This document shows, in pieces, positions 54,893 to 64,000 of a stretch of 64,000 bases of DNA. This DNA is from the human T2T-CHM13v2.0 reference genome, Homo sapiens. The DNA is taken from NCBI RefSeq assembly GCF_009914755.1, contig NC_060931.1; one strand, 5' to 3'. How positions within the stretch are numbered: position 1 is the first letter of the stretch; each line of letters begins with the position of its first letter. The notes beneath the pieces are model-generated. The model was not told the DNA's origin and made no database searches. It worked only from the letters and a program-made list of their open reading frames with translations. A program made the position numbers and the translations under genes.

Positions 54893-55687
54893 GTATAGAG
54901 TAGCCAGGCGAAAGGATCTATAGGGTTGATGGCTGGAAAGGAATTAAGAGAGGCAGAGATGCCAAGGAAGAACTTGTACTTAATTCAGAAGGGAATAGTG
55001 AGCCACTGAAGGCTTTAGAGGAGGGGAAGCATCTAGAATGAAGATGAGTCCTTTTTCACCTATGAAAAGAAAACACAATGAGCTCAAGAAAGCTGTATAT
55101 GTCTTGGTGCAAATATCGGGCTGCCACCCTCTTCTCACTGTCTATTCCTTTTCTGTCATTCAGTTGGAACTGTTGTGTGTGTTGCATATATTTCTGTAAC
55201 AGCACCAATAAGTGATTATTTTTAATTTCTGTTCTTCTCTTCTGTAATGGAGCTATTAGGCTTTGGCAGATCCCTTAATATGATTATCATTTTTGAATGA
55301 TTTTGAATTGAAGTGTTTGCACTCATGGTCGTAATCGCAGTTGACTTTGAAGGATGAGGCTGGAGACTCACGTTCTCTGATCTCTTCAGCCCGCAAGTGG
55401 TATCAACTGCAGCTTCCACAGCTGGGTAGGTGGTGGGGACACCTTGGAAGGGAAGCAGCAGCCGTGCTTTGCTCCTGATTGTCAGGATGAAGTGGCTGGC
55501 CTGCCACTCACGAGGCAGGTGCCAGATGGGATGGGTGGTAGCTTCCTGTTGGAGGACTGCCCCTCCCCAGTCAGAGGACAAGGACAGCTCCTCGTTTATC
55601 AGTCCAGGCAGGTAGCTCCAGAATACAAAGCAGGTGCCCACTGAGCTCGCCAGCAACGCTGACTGGCCTGTCCATGGGCAGATATGT

Positions 55688-56128
55688 CTTTTTTTTTTCT
55701 TTTTAAATTTGTTTTGAGACAGGGTCTCACTCTGTCACCCAGGCTGGAGTACAGTGGTGCAATTGCAGCCTCAACCTCCCAGGTTCAAATGATCCTCCCA
55801 ACTTAGGCTCCCAAGTAGCTGGGACTATAGGCACATGCCGCCACACCTGACTAATTTTTTATTTTTCATAGAGACAGGGTCTCGCTATGTTGCCCAGGCT
55901 GGCCTCAAACTCCTTAGCTCAAGCAGTCCTCCCACCTTGACCTCTTTAAAGTGCTGGGATTACAGGTGTGAGCCACCATACTTGGCTAATTTTTTAATTT
56001 TGTGTAGTGATAGAGATTTTTGTACTTTTTGCTTTGTTGCCTGAGCTGGTCTCAAACTCCTGAGCTAAAGCGATCCTCCTGTCTCGGCCTTCCAAAGTAT
56101 GAGGATTACAGGCATGAGCCACCCTGCC
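55688..56128 (-). mobile_element. AluJ plus an additional Alu arm
   Basis: Three antisense Alu arms in series. Confidence 0.82.
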
Positions 56129-56334
56129 AGGGTGATATGTCCTTTCATTATTTAATGTCCTCCACAATGATCCAGTTAGACATTAGCCACGTGGCAGGGG
56201 TCTTGCCAGCTCCCAGCACTATAGGGAAGACTTGGTGTTTGCAGAACAGAGGCTTTCTGCTTCTGCTTCCAGGGAGGGTCACCTGCTGGGGCCAGTTCCA
56301 GCCTCTCCTTTCCAGCCTCTGTCAGGCTCTGTAA

Positions 56335-56694
<360 letters not shown>

Positions 56695-57081
56695 CAGTTA
56701 GGACAATTTTCCTGTGACACCAACAGCGACCATCGTCACACATTCATTCCACATCCCCGCTGCACTGGGCTTACCTCCTGCCCATTCATCTGTGGGTTCT
56801 GATGAGGCCCGCCTGGGACACAGGTGGAGGTCTGGTTTCCCACAGCCTCCTGGGCACCTCTGGGCTGCTGACCTGCCCTGGCCTGGTTTGAAGGAAGACA
56901 TACCAAATGGAGACCTCACCACTTTGTTGTGAGAAATCCCAGGACTCAGAGAACCCTGTCATGTGTGCTGAGCAGAGCTGTTTCCAGCACAGAGGGGACT
57001 CCGGGCAAGTCATGCTGCGAAGCTTTCTCTCATTACCACACACAGCCACAGACACCATCCAGATAAAACCCAGTTACATTA

Positions 57082-57459
<378 letters not shown>

Positions 57460-57771
57460 CTACTCCCCTCCTCAGTGAAGGTGATGTGATGAGCTTCTGA
57501 TCCCTCTGTCTGCTCCCCTCTTTCCTCTCTCCTTTCCTCTCCCCTTCTCTACTGTCCTCTCCTTCCTCTCTCTAGCACTTCATCCTGCTCTCCCTTCTCC
57601 ATCTTTCATCCCTCCCTCCCACCCCTAGTTAGAGCACACTCCCCTGATACCCAGTTGGTCCCTGAGGCATCATGGTGCTCTTCCCTACCAGGAGTCCTCC
57701 CCAGATCTGTTCTGCACATTCATTCACTCAACAGTATTTGGTGAGTGCTCTAGCTGCTGGAAATACCATGA

Positions 57772-58290
<519 letters not shown>

Positions 58291-59548
58291 AGAAGCTGCA
58301 TTTTCTAAGGAGTTATTGGGTTGATGCTGATGCAGTCAGCCCCTAGACTGACCTCTGGGAAACAACTTTTCTGCACACAGGGCAATGCCCAAAGCCACCG
58401 CTTTGGGAGAGTTTGTGGCCTGGGCGCTTTCTGTGATTTTAACTACCCTGTTTGCCTCTGAGAGGTTAGAAAGCAGAGTCTTAGAGCAGGGTCTTCACTA
58501 CACACTCTTGTCAATGTTGGGTGTTTTCAGACTCCAAGCATAGGCTTTTGGGGAGATTTTTTGTAACTTATCAGAATTGCTTGATGTGCTCAGAAACACC
58601 CTCTAGAAAATGGAGCTAACGCCGAGGACATCTCCCAGTCCCCTGCTTCTGTGCTGATGCCAGCATACCCAGGGACCTGTGGCACTAGCATATCTCCATA
58701 ACTCGGGCAGACTCTGATTCCGGCTCTTCCAGAAGGAATCTTCCCTGTAGCCTTCCTCTTCTAGCTGCGAGATAAAGCTTTTTTTTTTTTTTTTTTCCTG
58801 CTCTGGATCATAAGTAGGAGGGGTTAGCGTAGGTCATCATCACCGTTTGGTTGCAAAGAACGGAAACTTATCTAACACTGTTTATGTGGAGAAGGACCGA
58901 TTGCAAAGACACAAAGGACCCTCCTGTAACTTAGGGGCGGAGAGCAGAGCCAGGGCTCTCAGCAGATGGAAAGCCAGGATTCCTGGGTGGCCAGTCACCC
59001 CCACGTCCATGTAGTCTCCATTGTACATCTGCCTCCTCCTTCTGCTCAATCATCCGTGTGCATGGAGCCCCTCAGGAACTGCTCACGGTGGCGGCCTGAG
59101 CCCTGAACGCGTGTGAGCCTATTGAGTTCTAGCTCCCAGAGTTGTCTTCATTTCCAAAGCCACCCCTTCAGGAGAAACCTAATTCCAAGCTTCAGAGGAA
59201 ACATAATTTGTCCTGGCTTGGGATCAGTGCTCATTTTCTGGTTTGGTTAACTGAGGCCAGGGAATGGGCTCATTTGATGCTTTTCCAGACTAAAGGTCAG
59301 GCTGCTTCTCTAAAAGGCGCCAAGAGCTGGGAGGAAATGATGCACATTAGAAGCCATGCTTTCCCCTGGCATAGTCCAGGGTGAACCTGCTACACCAGCA
59401 GGAGCAAGGTCCCGTTTGCATAAGTGTGATTGGCATGCGATTTCTGTAAACACACAGAAGGGCACCTCCCAGTAAGAAGGTGAAGGCGCATTACTTATTG
59501 AGCTCCTGCTCTGTGCACTGGGCCCATTGCAGGTTTTCTCTTGTTTAA

Positions 59549-59876
<328 letters not shown>

Positions 59877-60633
59877 CCTTGTAGAGATTTAACAGGAATC
59901 TAGAGTGCTCCATTGACTTATGCAATTATAGTCTTCGGTGGCAGCACCAGCGTTTAACTACACATTTCATGCTTGTGCCACCACTGAAGGTGAATGAAGA
60001 GGCTCATCCACTGCTGCCTCACCACATGGGTACCAAGTGGCTTTCCATGGAATCAGAAACCTGGATGTGAAGGTCGAAGTCAAGTTAGAAGTCATAACCA
60101 GCCGATGAGGGTCCGAGACTACAGTCCACCCTTTGGCTCCAAAGAATTCCACCTAATAGCTTCCTGGTGGCCCCAGTGGAGTTTCAATGGACCTCCTGCG
60201 TGAGGTGTCTCTTTTGCCCAGGGAAGCACCTTAACGGTGTTTCTGGCCTTTGGCAGTGGGGGCATTTGCCAGTTCCTCCATGAAGCCTTTTCTAAAGCGT
60301 GCAGTAAAGCAAAAGGGCTAAAATCAAGGGCTTTGAAGGCAGGCAGATGCTGAGTTCTATTCTGTGACTCAGGGCAGGTCACCTAATCTCCGTGTGCCTC
60401 AGTCGTTCAGTGGAGATGGTTCTGCCTCCTTCAGTGGATTGTGGCAGTGCATACACGAGATGTGCGTGGAAAGTGCTTTGCATCTTGTGCTTGAGACAGG
60501 AAATTGCTAAATAAATGGTTGCAATAACAATACTAATTTTTGTATTATTCTTATATTCACTCTTAGTTGCTCGGATGACAGAGGCATGTCTGCTATTTTC
60601 CCATCTGCTACAGCACCAGCAAAATGCCTTAAA

Positions 60634-60791
60634 CATCTTTATCTCCATGTGTACCCAATGTTTAGCTCCAAATTACAAGTGAGAACATGCGGTCTTTGGT
60701 TTTCTGTTCCTGAGTTAATTTGCTTAGGATAGTGGTCTCCAGCTGCATCCGGGATCTAGAGTACATCCAGCCATAGCAAAGGGCATGATTT
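60634..60791 (-). mobile_element. Isolated L1P 3'UTR fragment inserted in an L2 3' end
   Basis: tgtacccaatgtttagctcc...aagtgagaacatgcggt...ctccagctgcatcc. No tail and no TSD. Confidence 0.8.
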
Positions 60792-61077
60792 GGTAGATGC
60801 TGAGCAAATATTTACTCAATGAATTTATTATGTAAGGGTGACTATAAAGTCTGGAAACAGAGGCAAAAAGATATAATAAATTATCTATTGATACTATACT
60901 ACAATGCACAATGTAATACAATACAATACTTAATATTTATCAGTGTGATTTTTCTAATTTACAATGCATGGTCCCATGCATCATACAACATTGCAATGAA
61001 CGTGGTAGAATAATGCAGCATTCCTGTCAACCACTGCACATATATGCATGTGTGGTATTGTCTCACATGATTTATCA

Positions 61078-61383
<306 letters not shown>

Positions 61384-61391
61384 CTAACATG

Positions 61392-62220
61392 ATTTTTTAA
61401 GAATTTTGGATACAAGAGGTACACGTGCAGATTTGTTACATGGGTATATTGAGTGATGCTGAAGTTTGGGCATCTGTTGATCCCATCACCTAAATTGTGA
61501 ACAGAGTACCCAATAGGTAGTTTTTCAACTCTCCCCTCTCCCTCCCTACCTGCTTTTGGAGTTCCGAAGTGACTATTGTTACCATCTTTATGCCTGTGTG
61601 TACCCAATGTTTAACTCTCACTTACAAGTGAGAGCGAATGGTATTTGATTTTCTGTTCCTGCATTAATTTGTTTGTTAGCTCGGCCAGAAGATGCATTGC
61701 ATTTTCAAAGGAGCTGTTGGGTTGATGCTGATGCAGTTGGTCCCTGGACTGAACTCTGGGGAACAACTTTTCCACACTAGTCTTGAATGGCTGTGTCCAT
61801 GCTGCAGCAAAGGGCATGATATCGTTCCTTTTTATGGCTGCATAGTATTCCATGGTGTATATGCACCACATTTTTTTTTAATCCAGTCTACAATTGATGA
61901 GCACATGGGTTGATTTCATGATTTTGCTATTGTGAATATTGCTGCAATGAACGTAGGAATACAGGTGTCTTTTTGGTAGAACTATTTATTTTCCTTTGGG
62001 TAGATACCCATTAATGGGATTGTTTGGTTGAATGGTAGTTCTATTTTTAGTTCTTTGAGAAATTTCCAAACTGCTTTCCACAGGGTCTAAACTATTTTAC
62101 ACTGCCACCAATGGTGTGTAAGTGTTTTCTTTTCTCCACACCTTGCCAACATCTGGTGGGTTTTGTTTTTTTGGTTGTTTTTTTTTTTTAACTTTTTAAT
62201 AATAATTGTTCTGACAGGTG
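61392..62220 (-). mobile_element. L1P (older L1PA/PB-like) 3' fragment
   Basis: gtacacgtgcagatttgttacatggg...tttttatggctgcatagtattccatggtgtat...ccaaactgctttccaca. Confidence 0.88.
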
Positions 62221-62780
62221 GCCTCACATGGTTCTTGTCTCTAATTTTCAATAGGTCAACTTGTGCCTTTAGCCTTCCCCAGAAGAAACAACCAAGGGGA
62301 TGAATTTATACAAAAATAAAATAATCCTTTGTCCCGACTTCATGGTTACTCTACACGTGCTCTCTTTGTCTCTCCTGCTGAGACCTCCTCTCTGCGGGCT
62401 GAGGTCATGCCCTTGCCATTTATGATGGATACCTTTAGGCACTAGGATGTGTTTCCTCCCTGAGTCTTCTCCCTTCTCTAAAGACCCCACCCTGGTCCAC
62501 TTTCTTCCAGCATAACGTGGAAATTGGAGCCCTTGCTTGCAATCTTCCTCTCTCCAGTTTCCCATTGCACTCCTAACTTGCTCATTCTCTTTTTCCTGGG
62601 GTGGGGAGTGGTGCATCTTGCTTCTCACCTCCAAGCTTCTTTGAGACTGCACAAGGACCCCCCATCCCATCACTCAGCTGTCAACAGAGTGCAGCAGGGA
62701 CCGCTTCCTATGTGTGCAGACGCCATGGGATACGGGAGACCAGCCCTTACCCCATCTATGAGGGAGTCACATTATCCCTA

Positions 62781-63115
<335 letters not shown>

Positions 63116-63172
63116 CAGCCTTACAGAGTAACAGAGAGAGGAGGTGTGGGAATTGAGGGAAGTGACTTGATT

Positions 63173-63330
63173 TGCTAGGCTGGAACCAGTACATGCTAGG
63201 CTGGAACCCAGTACATGCTAGGCTGGAACCCAGTACATGCTAGGCTGGAACCCAGTACATGCTAGGCTGGAACCCAGTACATGCTAGGCTGGAACCAGTA
63301 CATGCTAGACCGGAACCAGTACATACTAGG
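63173..63330. repeat. Minisatellite, about 7.3 copies of TGCTAGGCTGGAAC(C)CAGTACA (21/22 bp)
   Basis: Units start at 63173, 63194, 63216, 63238, 63260, 63282, 63303 and 63324 (partial). The four central 22-mers are identical. Confidence 0.97.
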
Positions 63331-63357
63331 ACGGTGCCTATGGAAGGGCTTCTGGCA

Positions 63358-63398
63358 CTGACACCTCAATGAGCTTCCCTTCTTTCTCCCTCCCTCAG
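63358..63398 (+). promoter_or_regulatory. Branch-point candidates, polypyrimidine tract and 3' splice site
   Basis: CTGAC (63358-63362) and CTCAAT (63365-63370) fit yUnAy. A pyrimidine tract follows, ending in CAG at 63396-63398. Confidence 0.75.
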
Positions 63399-63516
63399 GA
63401 CCCCAGCCATGATAGGCTGCTCGTTCGTGGTCAACAGGAAGTTCTTCGGTGAAATTGGTCTTCTGGATCCTGGCATGGATGTATACGGAGGAGAAAATAT
63501 TGAACTGGGAATCAAG
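63399..63516 (+). CDS. GALNT17: Internal coding exon (118 nt) of polypeptide N-acetylgalactosaminyltransferase 17 (WBSCR17), catalytic domain
   Basis: Pyrimidine tract cttcccttctttctccctccctcAG|G acceptor and AAG|GTTTGT donor. After the first base the frame reads TPAMIGCSFVVNRKFFGEIGLLDPGMDVYGGENIELGIK, containing the GalNAc-T motif D-x-GM-x-x-YGGEN-x-E. As I recall them, the residues VNRKFFGEIG and DVYGGENIELGIK fit GALNT17 rather than the paralog GALNT9. Confidence 0.92.
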
Positions 63517-63845
63517 GTTTGTGACATGGTGTCCCTTCCTCTTGGTGTGCCCATGTTTGTGAGCAGAGCGTCTTGGTCATCCGTGGGGTGTATTTAAAGC
63601 TTCTTACAGCTGATGAATGACAGATTCATTTACTCCACCTTGTTCCTGGGGGATGCATGAGCTGCACTGTCACCCCTCCTTATGTAGGGAAACCTGGGCT
63701 TTCCCCTGTCTAAAAGTTGGCTGATAGGTTTCATGCCATTGCTACCCACTCTGGGCATTAGCTGGAGAGGGTGGTTCCCACTCCCATTCAGTTTTGGTCT
63801 CTCCTTAAATTTTTCTTAAATGATCTCCTTAAATTAATATTTTCA

Positions 63846-64000
63846 GGCCAGGCACAGTGGCTTATGCCTGTAATCCCAACACTTTGGGAGGCCACGGTGG
63901 TGCGATCACTTAAGACCAGGCATTCAAGACAAGCCTGGGCAACAGAGCAAGACCCTGTCTCTACAAAAAATAAAAAATTAGCCAAGCGTGATGGTGCATG
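63846..64000 (+). mobile_element. Alu (J-like), cut by the window end
   Basis: Sense Alu left arm and linker. Confidence 0.88.

Noticed and set aside
63173-63330. 22-bp repeats as a CRISPR-like array
   Set aside because: The units are contiguous with no unique spacers, the context is eukaryotic, and no cas genes are present.
63409-63597. 62-aa ORF as a standalone small protein
   Set aside because: The Met is internal to the GALNT17 exon, and the frame runs into intron after the donor at 63516/63517.

Overview
Primate (very probably human) genomic DNA. About 63.4 kb is the distal part of one very large, repeat-dense intron. It ends at a single 118-nt coding exon (63399-63516, + strand) encoding TPAMIGCSFVVNRKFFGEIGLLDPGMDVYGGENIELGIK, which I recognise as the catalytic domain of GALNT17/WBSCR17. 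The rest contains about 50 Alus, MaLR and ERV solo LTRs, DNA-transposon fossils (MER47A, MER5, MER3, MER1, MADE1), and L1/L2/MIR fragments. Almost all ORFs in the track are repeat-derived noise, and I see no prokaryotic-type system, RNA gene or CRISPR array. The most unusual signal is a recurring set of repair-like scars. Several old repeats are interrupted by short copies of junction sequences whose donors lie 1-13 kb away in this window, by fold-back hairpin or patchwork inserts, or by captured flanks inside double-Alu units sharing one target-site duplication (TSD). Other notable items are a probable L1 3' transduction, two local duplications, and a 21/22-bp VNTR just upstream of the exon's branch-point region. 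Repeat family names come from recalled consensus sequences, not RepeatMasker, and their boundaries are approximate.
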